Assembly (NCBI GenBank): GCA_964016885.1
Contig: OZ024743.1
Coordinates: 226,300,001-226,364,000 of the forward strand
DNA length: 64,000 bases
Reading direction: 5' to 3'
Origin: Eledone cirrhosa
Lineage: Eukaryota
The position numbers were made by a program, and so were the translations under genes. Positions 27,209-39,977 of this stretch are shown in pieces. Numbering within the stretch: the stretch's first letter is position 1; every line of letters begins with the position of its first letter. The notes beneath the pieces were generated by a model. It ran no database searches, had not been told where the DNA came from, and saw only the letters and a program-made list of their open reading frames with translations.

Positions 27209-27659
27209 AATCCATATGTGTACAGATAATACAGGTTCTTAACCGAAGCCGCGAGAAATACTAAGTAGACTTTTTCATACATCTAAGTTTGTAAACATGT
27301 CTCATGTAAATATGTTTCTGTAGATTGAATAACATTAACAGCTCGACTCAAGTTTCGATCTTCCTCAGAAAATTTCTACATCCTTCGCAATTTCACGGAG
27401 AAAATCTCAGCCTAATGTTTTATGACAGAACTAGAGAGCAGGGTTTACTAATTTGCATAATTCTGCTGTATACTGTGTTCGAAGAGGATGAATATATTTT
27501 AAGATCTTATTTCTATTTACAGTACATATTCTTCACTGAAGCTACGAGAAATGTCTATGCAATGACACATGTTTACATATTCAAGCATTTAAGCATATTT
27601 CCTCTTCGTATTTACCCGTACATTGAAAAAGTTGAACAACTTGACATGACGTTCAATCT

Positions 27660-28992
27660 TCATTGACATTTTAAGAGCTTTGTGAGAGAGCTCCAACACT
27701 GATATCATATACCTTGATTTCAGCAAGGCCTTTGGCAATATTCTACTAAAAAAAACAAAAAAAAAAAACAAAAAAATAAACTATGCAACATTGTTATCTC
27801 TGGAAATTTACTGCAATGGATCAAATGATTCCTGACAAACAGAGCCCAACCTGTAGTCAAAGGGATACAATCAAGCCCAACCAAAGACAGTTATTCTTTT
27901 ATTACACCTAACCTATTAAATAAGGCTTTATCTTATGCTTACAAGGCGCTGTGTTAGACCGACCTTTTCATTATCTATATCAATGACATTTCTGATGTCA
28001 TCAAACAGCTTTATAAAACACTTTGCAGATGATTCCAAGCTCCAGAATGTCATCAATGCAGTGGAATAGCGGACATGCCTTCCATCTGAACTACATACTG
28101 CTATCGAATGGGTGTAACAAAAACATTATGCCACTTTATGAGGATAAATTCGAACTAATCCACTTTGGAAAAGAGGATGCACTGAAACTCTCATATTCCC
28201 TTCCTTCAGGTGAACCCCTCGTGGCATCCGACAATATCAGAGACCAGGGAGTAATTGTTTATAACAATATAAGCTGGATCACTCATATAAACAGGAAAGT
28301 TGATTTGGCCCGCAGGATATGCTTCTAGATTCTCAGAGCTTTCCAGTCGAGATATATCCACACCATTAGGATTCATTTCTCTACCTTAAATACTGTTGTC
28401 CACTGTGATCTCCCTACACGCGACAAAGTATTATGAAAATGAAAGCACATTAAAGGTCAATCACAAAAAAAAAACGATGGCATGACAAAAAAGCTCAAAC
28501 TCTATTCTCTCCAGCGCCACTGTGAGCGCTTCATTATCTGCATTATGTGGAAAATATTCCATCAGCATTACCCTAATGATGTTGGTACCCTCTTTAAAAT
28601 ACACGTACGGCTTGAGCTCCCTGCTATGCGCCAACAAAATAAAAAAAATGAAACTCGCATCTCATAGCAACATTACGGCACAATTATTTCACCTGAACTG
28701 GTCCCATTCTCATTAACATTACACCGAAACATAAAAACAGAAACAGATCCAATGAAATTTAAAACGTCTTTGGACAAATTCCTCCAGGAAATCCTGGACA
28801 AACTTCCTTTATCCGAATATGTCTCCGAAAAATATATCTCTCTACTTGAGTGGGCTATTTTATCCAAATTCTAACTTGAAAGACATCGCCAGGTGGTGCT
28901 ATTACCTAACTGAAACCTATGAAAGTTATCAAGATCATGGAGCTTGATGAGGATGCTTTCTCATAAGGAATCAACTAATCCGAAATTCAATT
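27660..28992 (+). mobile_element. Decayed CR1-group (CR1/L2/Crack-like) LINE: RT and 3' UTR
   Basis: DIIYLDFSKAF, QG.VL...LFIIYIND, FADDSKL, KFELIHFG, RDQGVI, KLKLYSLQR, FKTSLDKFL; multiple stops and frameshifts. Confidence 0.85.
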
Positions 28993-29103
28993 GAAGGTAC
29001 ATATATGTTTTACACTTTAGAGAAAAGTATCATATCTGGCATAATTACATATCTATATAGTAAAAAATTGTAAATTTATATATATATATATATATATACA
29101 TAT

Positions 29104-29235
<132 letters not shown>

Positions 29236-29291
29236 ATACAAATTTACAAAGATTTTAGTAGATAGATATGAAATTATGCCAGATATGATAC

Positions 29292-29369
<78 letters not shown>

Positions 29370-29370
<1 letters not shown>

Positions 29371-30180
29371 GCACCCGCCATCGGATATTGGAGTAATCAG
29401 TAAGAATATTATTGATAGAATTCTACCTACTCTGAAAATGAAGTCTATATTGACCTTATGGGAGGACACTAATGAAGTGATTGACTGGTTTAAAAATATA
29501 GATAATAAGAAAAATCACAAATTCATCCAAATGGACATAGCAAGCTATTCTTCTTCTATTACACCTAACCTATTAAATATGGCTTTATCTTATGCTTACA
29601 AACATACAGATCTAACTACGAATGAAATCGATATCATATTAACTGCTAGAAGAACTCTAATTAATTTCAACAATGAATATTGGACTCGTTCTAATAGGAA
29701 TAGAAACTTTGACATTACCATGGGATCATCGCACTCAGCGCAGGTCACAGATCTTCTGGGGATTTTCATCTTAAATATGGTAAATAGAAAACTACCGAAG
29801 ATTATCGGTGGTTTATATAGGGACGATATTTTATTTACGGTTGTCAAACATAGCAATACAGAATTAAATAGGGTTAAGAAAACTATAATTGAATTCTTTA
29901 AAAATTACGACCTTAAATTAGAAGTTAAAAGTAGTACCAAAATATTTAATTTCCTTGACGTTACCCTTAACTTAAACTCAGGTTTTTACTACCCTTTCCA
30001 TAAGCCCAATGAAAACTTAAACTACGTTAGCTATTATTCTAATCACCCTAAATCAATGAAAAACGCAATAGTCAATAGTGTACAGAAACGCATAACTAGA
30101 ATATCCACTAATAAATCCATATTTGATGAAAAAGCAGGATATTATAATGACGCGCTACGAAAGGCAGGTTATAAAAATAA
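29370..30180 (+). pseudogene. PLE reverse transcriptase (Naiad-type), interrupted by a SINE
   Basis: [44 protein letters not shown] in ORF 29228-30289. The N-terminus of that ORF is microsatellite and its C-terminus is SINE. Confidence 0.9.
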
Positions 30181-30363
30181 TTGTTTCTACTTTAGGTACA
30201 AGGCCAGCAAATTACCCAGTGCATTACTGGTACTTTATTTTATCGACCCTGTAAGGATGAAAGGCAAAGTCAACCTCGGCGGGATTTGAACTCAGATCGT
30301 AAAGGGACGTAACTATGCTGGAAAGCATGGCGTCCGACAGTCTACGGATACTGCCTATCCACC
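30181..30363 (-). mobile_element. tRNA-derived SINE inserted in the PLE ORF
   Basis: Near-identical to 7241-7425. 17-bp TSD gcaggttataaaaataa at 30164-30180 and 30364-30380. Confidence 0.95.
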
Positions 30364-30499
30364 GCAGGTTATAAAAATAATATAGAATATATAGATAATA
30401 ATAATTTGAATTATAATTCTGATAAAAATAAGACTAACATATATAAACGAGATTCTAAAAATTATAATACAAACACCAGTACCGTGAATAAATCGGGGA

Positions 30500-31316
30500 A
30501 AAAAAATCAGAACTAAATCAGTTATATGGTTTGCCCCCCCCCCCCGGCTTCTGCCGCAATAATAACACCACTTGCAAATCTATTCTTTAAAGCTTTAGAT
30601 AATTCCTTCCCCATTCAACATAAATACCGTTCCATATTTAACAGACACACAATTAACCTTTCTTATTCTACAACTATGAATATGGCCCAGAACATTGCTA
30701 AAATAAATAGTAGAATTCTAAATCATAATCAACATACATTTAACGATAATGAATATAATAACACTAGCAATATTGATACTATGAATAACAATAACATTAT
30801 AAACACAATCAATGGAACATTTCGGAGTACTAATAGTGTTAATGTAAATAGTACAATTTATAGTAATAACAATAAATCGAAATGTAATTGTAGAAATAGA
30901 CCAGATTGCCCTCTGCAAAATAATTGTCTGGATAGCAATCTGGTATATAAATGCCCCGTAAAAGCAAATACCATCACATTGGTACAACTTCTTCGACATT
31001 TAAATCAAGATTTGCGAATCACAAATGCTCTTTTTCGAATCCTAATAGAACATCTTCGACTTCTTTATCACAACTTATATGGTCATAAAAAGACAAAAAT
31101 TTAAAATATTCGATTTCTTGGGCGAAGTTGTGTAATAGTAGAATTTACTTGAATTCTTCAATATCACCTAACTGCAACCTCTGTACCATGGAGACCCTTT
31201 TAATAATTACTAATTATGAAAATTTAATTAACAAAAAAAGTGAATTATTCTCAAACTGCCCTCATAAAGCTTTATCTACATTCCAAGCCTTGCAAAAAGT
31301 CAGGAAAAAACACTAA
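30500..31316 (+). pseudogene. PLE linker and GIY-YIG endonuclease, frameshifted
   Basis: IFNRHTINLSYS, CNCRNRPDCPLQNNC, LVYKC, HIGTT..FKSRFANH, CNLCTME, SELFSNCPH. Confidence 0.85.
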
Positions 31317-33339
31317 ATAAACAGGTTCTAATTTTGTACGTCTCTTATCAATTGTGTACCTAAAACGTTATAACAGATTATAAAACTTTAATAATTTTTT
31401 AATTTTTTATTCATTTATGATATGATTAATGTTAGATTAAAGGGTCTTGTATAGGTATATAAACATATTATTTGTTAACATGATCTCTTGAGGAATGTGC
31501 ATATCATTTGATTGTTTAGATATATTTAATTTTGATTGGGATTCTTGTATATTTTTTAAATACATGGCTTATATGCTTAACAGTTATAATGTACCGTAAA
31601 TCATTCATGCATTTATGTTTTCGTATATTTATTCATTTGGAGTATGTTTTACGATTCAGGAAGTTTGATTTATATATTTTTATTTATATATATTTACGGT
31701 ATAAGCGTCACACACGATACTAGTCGACAAACTTTTTTTTCCACTTAACTTGATGTAAAACTTCAATTATAACATTACTAACAATGATTGTACTTATTAT
31801 TTATTATATGTATATCGATCACTAATATCTGGAATACTCTACTTATATTTGAACAAATCTGTATATCTAGTATAATAACATGCTTCTAGTTACATTTATA
31901 AGTACTTTAGATACTTTAATGATTTTCTAGTGTTATAATCGTTAAATATTTTCTAAATATTTTCTAAATTTTCTAAGTTATATAACGATTATTATTTAAT
32001 TTAATTTAATTAAATTTAATTAAATTCGGGTTACTTTCGCGTCTATGAAATCCTTTCTCATGTTTCCAGACACATTATACTACTATATAAAGTAAAAAAA
32101 AATGTTCTTGTATTTTTAAACTATATAGCTTGGATATTGGGCATTTTTAAGATCGCAAACAATTCATTTTTTTTTACTTTGAATCTGGTTCTTATCCTTA
32201 TGATTCATGAAGTTTGACTTGTATATTTATAGGATATATGTATTACATGACCCTATTATAATACTTGATTTAAAACCTTAATTTTTAACAATATTATCAG
32301 TAACTTATTTATTGTATTATATTATGTTATATATAACTGATAGGTATCATCTTAATCTTTAGACAATATAATCTTTGTTTATATTTAGACAAATGCATAT
32401 ATCTAATTTAATAATAAACTTTTTTTTAATTAAATTATAGGCCTTTTGATGCTTTAAGGCATTCTAATTGTTAATCTTATTTTTTTTTAATTAAAATTAT
32501 AACTGTAATTATTTTATATAATGCGAATTATCTTCAATATAATATAAATAATTAAATATAATATAATAAAATTTAATAAGAATTACCTTCGTGAGGATGA
32601 AAATATTATGTCTTCTTTCTCATGTTTGCAAATAGTTTAAATATGATTTCATAAAATATGATTTTATGAATTAAATATGATAGTATACTTTAATATTAAT
32701 ACAGATATTTATAAATTTTTATAGCCTGAAATATTATACACTTTGATTAATTCATTACTCTGAACTAACTTAAATGATTTGAAAGTTAACGGTCAACCGG
32801 ATACGTTTGGATAGTATATATAACTAATTAACTAAGGACTGGAAATTAACCTTCATATAATTACAGCCAGTTATATTTAGGATTTAGATTGATGAATACT
32901 TCTAGATAATTCAATAATTCAAAGATTCGAGTTTATTCTTTCTCTAAGCTATGCCCAAATGTATAGTTATGTATAGATATACATAATTCATCCCTCCTTA
33001 TAATTATTCCTCTTTGTCTCTCCTTCCTTGATCAATTCTCTTTTGCTCTCTATACCTCTACTAGCTATATTATCCCCTGATCTGTTTTCTCTCTGTCTTT
33101 CTTATTTTTCTTTCCTCTTTCTTCAATAATTTAAATTATTTGAATCTGTAACAGTTATGTAATTTACTGTTATGTATTTTTAAGCCCTCACACGCACCCT
33201 CTGTATTATATGTATTATATGTAAGTTTTTTCATGTCTCAATCTTAAGGTATATAAATATTGAGTTTTGTCATATCTTACTCACTACCATGACTGGATCT
33301 TAACCATCTACTATGTCAGGGTATGTCATGCATCATCTT

Positions 33340-33404
33340 ATTTTATCTGATGAGGACGTACTGTTGAAGTTAGCTCAGTACCTCTGAAATATGTATAATA
33401 AAAT
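33340..33404 (+). ncRNA. Minimal type I hammerhead ribozyme
   Basis: attttat CTGATGA [ggacgtactg ttgaagttagct cagtacctct] GAAA tatgta TA ataaaat. Confidence 0.85.
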
Positions 33405-33542
33405 ATACTTGATCACAAGAAGTTCTATTTTTGTTAATATTTTGAGTTAATATTAATAACTCCGGAAAACCAACTTGTTGAGTGCTTCCAATCTATTGTA
33501 AAACTCATTCTTTGATTTATTCATTGAACCTTGTTAAACCTT

Positions 33543-33640
<98 letters not shown>

Positions 33641-35367
33641 ATGTGGTGCAGTGACCGGGGAGACCATTAAATATCGAAGTACTCAATGCATGGGTAAATG
33701 CAGAGTGGGTATAGAAATATCTAGCATCTGTGTGTGAATATTTTCTGTAGTTATCTTGTGTGTGCGCACGAGCATGTATGATTTTTTATGAGTGTGTGTA
33801 TGTGTAAACACGTATGTATCTCTATTGTGTGTATTGTTTGTATTTGCGTGTATACACGTAGCTGTCTGTGAATCCTGTGTTTTAAATGTGTGTATGTTTG
33901 TGCACGTACATGTATCTGTGTCGGTTCATGTGTGGATACTTTGTAGTTTTTGTGTTTTTGTGTGTATGTGCAGATGCATATATGTGTATGTTTTTGTATG
34001 AGTGTTTGCGTGAGTGTGTGTATGTTTCTGTAGGAGTGTGTATGTGTATTTCCATATGTGTGTCTGGGAATTTTTTGTATTGTTAATGTGTGCGTGTGTT
34101 TTTATGCACCTATGTATGTATAAATGTATATTTATAGATAGATGTATGTATGACACCACAGCCAATGAAGTTTATCTGAGTCGTGTTTACTGTTGAAATC
34201 TATTTTCTCACAAGAATGTTTCTATTAAGTATAATTCAATTTGTGTTTTAATCTGAACTAGGATCAAACTTAATCAATAAATTGGTGGTAAGAGTGAGCG
34301 ATAGCTGCAGTAATATGAAGTGGTAGGAGGAGAGTTGGACATTTGCGGGTGTTATTAAGGGATGTTGTTAAACAAGAGATACATGTGTGCCTTATTCTAA
34401 GTGGGAAAATATTTAATAAACGGATAGGAACATAACAGAAACACAAGAAGATGAGTTGACACTTAGAGAATCTGATTTTGTTTATGTTGTTGACGTTAGT
34501 GGTGATACATGCATGACCAGGTGGTTCAGAAGTTCTCTTCGCGATCATTAGATTCTGCCTACGTTCATAGTGCATAGCATCTTCGGCAAGTATTTTTTAT
34601 TACTAGATGTTTTCAACACGTTGACGCGTATGTGTGTGTGTGTATGTGCATATGTATACATTTATATGCATGAGTATATAGAGACACACTTACAAAAATA
34701 CACACTCACAGACACACTTACAAAAATACACACTCACAGACATACATTAACACAAATACATACATGCATTCACACACATACACTCACAGCATAGCTAATG
34801 GAACGCCAGTCGCTGTTTTGCTATAGTTTTTTCACCATCCCCTTCCTTTCTGATACGCACATATACATTCACACAAGCGCACACACATTGTGTGACGGAT
34901 GGAAGTCGCTCAAATTTATATATAGATAAACTACTGTCAATACAACGTTTTACATTCACACATACATAGACTGACACACATAAACACATACACACGCACA
35001 CGCACATGCAGATACACACTCACAATCACACATAAAAATACACACAAACTATATTCAGATAAAAATATTCTATATTCATTTCATTTTTTCAGCCTATTGG
35101 GATGTTTGAAAATAGAACATTTTTCATTCTCAATTTTAAAACTATGTATTTTGCAATGTTGTAAAAGCTGACGTTATAAATTGACAGTTTTCAGACAGAC
35201 GGATTTGAAAAGATTAAAACCTCCAGTGGAATGGCGTAGACAAGATCTGTTGAAAGAAAATACAGGAAACGGTAAATATCTTTAATGAGTCCTTCAGATT
35301 ATGTGAAAATAAATTAGACAATGATTTCTCTTGAATTCTTTCTTCTTATTTTTTATTCGATAATTTC

Positions 35368-35451
<84 letters not shown>

Positions 35452-35505
35452 TTGTTGTTTTCTTCTTCTTCTTCTTCTTCTTCTTCTTCTTCTTCTTCTT
35501 CTTCA
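35368..35505. repeat. Compound (TTG)n(TTC)n microsatellite
   Basis: Direct. Confidence 0.95.
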
Positions 35506-35556
35506 CAACAGCAGCAGAAGTAACAGCAACCGCAAGAAGAACAATATTATTATTAT

Positions 35557-36058
35557 TGTTCTTTGAGTCTCAGTCATTGATGTTATTTAACTGGAAAGTC
35601 TGTTGAAATGAATATCAAGCCGCTACCTGCAGCCTCAGATATTCAGGACGTATCGGAGGGTTCTTGCTGTTCCCAGCAAGCATGCCTTGTGAAGTGTTCC
35701 AAAAAAAACGGGGCTGGACTAATCTTCTTTAACCATCCTTGGAAACTCTTTGAGATAGTACCTAGTGCGCCTATGACAATCGGGACGACCTTGATTTCAT
35801 GGCAGTTGCAAATCCTTTTTAACTCCCACTTTAAATCCTGATATCGGTTAATTTTCTCCCTCTCCTTTTCTTGCACTCTCGTGTCAAATGGGCAGGCTAC
35901 ATCTACAGTCAGGCACGATCTTTTTTCCTTTCCAAAACCACCAGGTCAGGCCTATTGTGTTCTAATTTTTTGTCCGTCTGTATCCTAAAATCCCATAGCA
36001 CGTTCACTTGATCGTTTTCTATCACCGACTCTGGCTTATGCTCATACCACTTCTCCGA
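35557..36058 (-). mobile_element. R4/Dong-like RLE LINE, 3' fragment
   Basis: KWYEHKPESVIEND..VLWDFRIQTD...NRPDLVVL, EKINRYQDL, VVPIVIGALG; (TAA)n tail. Confidence 0.85.
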
Positions 36059-36077
36059 AATTATTATTATTATTATT

Positions 36078-39000
36078 AACAGCCACAGACCCTTTGTCTT
36101 CCAGCAGCGAAGATGGGGGAAAACCCAAAAGTGCAAAAAGACAGAAAACTCACAAAAAAGCCCGAACAAAACACAAAAACATACACAACAAAAAATAAAG
36201 ACACCACTAACGCAAACACTTCCCCAATTACATCAGCACCACCAGCAACATCGACACCAGCCCCACAATCCCCGAAACGCAAACAACCTAAACAAACACA
36301 AGTACAAATAAAAACACAAATACCTGAAATTGCAGACACCACACCTACAACAAACACAGACATACCCGAAACAACACCACCAAAACCATCACCACCACAG
36401 TCACCAAAACGAAAACAAATAAAACCACACCAACACAATGTTAAAAACTTCGTCCTTGTCAGAAGGGCCAACGATAACCTGAGGGCCCTCTTAGCACGAA
36501 GCGAGGACATTCAATCAGAAAGGGAGATCTTTGAAATGAGCACATTTTGCGTGCCAGAAAATTTACTTCTGGTCCGAATGTCACTCGATTCCTTCAAAGA
36601 AATTCGGGACAGCTTTCCTCAAGACATGGAAACCCCGAATGTGAAACCCAACTTGAGACTTTTAAAGGGGTTCCCAAAAGAAACTCCACCAACCATGAAG
36701 GTCGAATCCCCCGACCTTCACAAGACCCCGGGAGGTAAGTAAACCTTCCCTCTCTCTTTTAGCTTGCCACATGGCCATATTAAGAGTAAGAAGTTTAAAT
36801 GTTCGCTGCCTGGGGGTCACCCTGGAAGCAGGGTCGCCTGCTCAACGACCTCAGGTCGCTGGAAATGGATGTGATTGCCGTCAGCGAGACCAGAATTTCT
36901 GACACGCGTGCACTAGCCCCCATTTTCGACGACTATCAGATCTTCGCATCTGTTAGCAGGCCGGGAATGGGAGGTGGGGTGGCAGTGCTGTTTAGGAAAG
37001 GACTGGATCTCGAGGTAAGGTCGATCTTCCGGGACCCGGACGGAAAGTTGGTGGTCTTGGATGTGAGCAGTAGCGAAGGTGGTGCCTTTAGACTGCTGGC
37101 CGTCTACGCCCCTACAGCCGTCTACGACCGGACCTCTTTAGGCGCCTGGAGACCTTTCTGTGTACGTCTCGCCCTTTACTGCTAGCGGGAGACTGGAACG
37201 GCATCTTAGACGCACGCTGGGATTGTGTGGGAGTAGCTGATAGGAGCGGGGAGTGCAAAAGCCTCAAGCGCCTAATCAGCCAGTTCCAACTGTCTGACAG
37301 GTATCGACTTGATTTCTCTAATGCGCCAGTATGAACATAGACCAACCGCATGGAGTCATCTAGATCGTATATAGACAGGATCTTCATTAGGAAAATAGAT
37401 AGAAATAGTGTAGGCTGCCACTTTTTAAAACGGTCGCCTATTCAGATCACAAATTTGGCGGAGGCGCAGCGTGGTAATAAAACCACAATTCGGTCTTTGG
37501 CGGACGCGATGGACACGAGATAAGCGATTCCAAGCGGATGTGTTAGGTCTTTCGCCAGCACTTTGCTCGGTTGTTCGGGAAGAGTGGCGAGTCAGAGAGA
37601 GTAGCGGATTTCAGTCCCTACCTTGACGGCTTGCCGCGCATCTCGACGGTCGACGCTGACCGCTGCGAAAGGCCGATTACTTCAGCCGAAATTCAGGACG
37701 CCCTTGTCAGCTGCATGAGGCGCAAGTCACCCGGTTTGGATGGCCTGCCCTACGAGCTTTACGTAAATATGCCACACTTGTTCTCCGATCTCCCTGAAAC
37801 ACTCTACTGCAACTGGCAGCAGAATGGGAGTATTGCCAGTTCTGTGAGCGGGGGAGTGGTGACGCTGATAAGGAAAGATGAGAACAAGAAGGATACATTA
37901 GACAACTTCAGGCCCATAATTCTGTTCAACTCAGAGTTTAAGATTTTGGCCAAGCTGTTAGCAAAGAGATTGGCGCTTGTCGTCGAGGATTTGGTTGGGG
38001 AGGCGCAAACTTTCTCAATCTCAGCCAGGTCCATACACGACAATCTCCACCTCATGCGATACATCGTAGAGAGGGTAGGGTGTAAACCTGGCTTCGGTGG
38101 GGCACTGATCAATTTAGATCAATCGAAAGCATTCGATAGGGTCGACCATCGGTATCTGGAGTTTGTCCTCAAAGCAGCTGGCTTCGGCCCTGTCTTTAGA
38201 AGCTGGATTGTTGCAATGCACAGCGGCACACGCTCGGTGGTCAAGGTTAATGGCCACCTCTCGGAACCATTTCAGCTCTCCCGATCGGTTCGTCAAGGGA
38301 GCCTTCTCTCTTCCCATCTGTACGTATTGACTCTCAAGCTTTTACTGGGGAAGCTGGAGATGTTGCAGGGCATCCGGCTCGAACTGGGACGTGGAAAGGC
38401 AGTGTCGGCTTATGCGGACAACATCACCGTGATGGTGTCGGACACCTCAGAAATCGAGGTGGTCGGCACCTTATTGAGAGAATATGAAAGGTTAACAGGA
38501 GCCAAACTTAACCCGGAAAAGTCGGTGGGCTTGCAGCTCGGAACCTGGAGAGGCATGCCTATCCCGTCCAACAGCGTCGTGGGTCGCTGGACGGACAGAC
38601 CGGTAAAGTTTCTCGGGGCTTGGTTCAGACCTCCAGGTGGAAAAGAATTGGGACGAGGTAACGAGCAGAGTAGCGAGTCTCACCCAAAAATGGGCTGGGA
38701 AGAAGCTATCACTGAAAGGTCGCGCGGAGGTGGCGAATGCGTACATCCCGTCCGTCATCTACTACCACCTGACCGTCGTGCCTTTCCCCCGTCCGCGCCT
38801 CGTCAAGTTGGAACGGCTCCTCTTTATATTCTTGTAGAGGGGAAAAGTTCCGTTGGTGAGGCGGTCCATCTGCTGCCAGCACCCTCTACACGGAGGGCTG
38901 GGCATGCCGTGGCTAATGATGCGCAGACATGCGTTGAGGCTGCGACATCTCCAGATATTCTGCCTCATCGGGCAACACGTGTGGTCGCCGTTTATCAGAC

Positions 39001-39958
39001 GGGCCTTTCAGCAGCTCGTTTCTTTGACTGAGCTTCAGTCCTGGGTCAAGAAGAGACCAAGACTGGGTGACTGGCAGCTGGAATGTTGCCAGGCACTCAC
39101 TGTCCTCTACCAAGCGAGCAATGCCTCTCCACTCTCGAGTTTTATAGAGGATTAGTGGTGGGAAAGTGCGATGACTGACCAGTCTGTACCGGAGGACTTT
39201 CGAGCCGGGCACGATGGACAATTTCAAGAAATCCCTCGCTTGGCAGTACTACCGGGGGCACTACCGGTTCGGAATAATCTCTACAGGCACGGAAGTTCTG
39301 CACGCACTTGTCCAATGTCCATGCATTACTGACTTGTGAAGTTATGTCGAACAGCTACTGTCGCGTGTGAAACGAATCCGGCTATCGGCCGAGTCCATAG
39401 TGAAGATCAACCGCCACCTTCCTTAAGTGAGGAAGAGCAGGAAATTTTCCTCTCTCTGGTGGCAGTTGCGAAAGAGGTTATATGGTGGACCAGATTAAAA
39501 GGACTGAAGACAGACATTTTTCTCTTCGGCCAATCCCTCATCAACTTCTTCAAGTTTCACCTGGAAAGGAGGGTGAGGGTGGAGAGAGAAGTGCTGTCCC
39601 CCAGTACATTTGCTAAAAGGTGGATGAATGTGGCGAGAATGGCCCGTGTGAATGGGCCTACTTTGACCATGCACCTATAGGCTAGCTAACTTTAGGAGAG
39701 GGGTGCTCTCCATGGGTGCCCGAGAAGCGCAGGGTGGTTCAGGATTGGTGGGGTACCTGAGTCACCCCAGGGTCGTCCACCCCCAATCGGGGAATTTATT
39801 TTGTTGTATTTATGCATAGTTTATTTTATATTTTTTATATCTACATTGTTAAATCAGTCTTGCCATTGTGCACTTTTACTCGACCTTATTGTAAACCCCC
39901 ACTGTCCCTGTCTTTGTATTTTCCTCTACATGTCGGCCCTTGTGGCTAATTCATGAAA
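36078..39958 (+). mobile_element. Tx1/L1-clade LINE, 5'-truncated, decayed
   Basis: Pro/Thr-rich ORF1 end (36113-36742). ORF2 from ATG 36771: APE (SLNVR.L, VSET, VYAP, GDWN, SDH) and RT (KSPGLDG, FRPI, DQSKAFDRV, VRQG, SAYADN, GGLG). Flanked by (ATT)n. Confidence 0.9.
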
Positions 39959-39977
39959 TTATTATTATTATTATTAT

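Larger units (their letters stand above)
29370..33545 (+). mobile_element. Naiad-type PLE, 5'-truncated (RT, GIY-YIG, long 3' region, pLTR with hammerhead)
   Basis: Coding remnants 29370-31316, hammerhead 33340-33404, GTTGAGTGCTTC at 33477, (TA)n on both ends. Continuity across the AT-rich 31.3-33.3 kb stretch is inferred. Confidence 0.8.
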
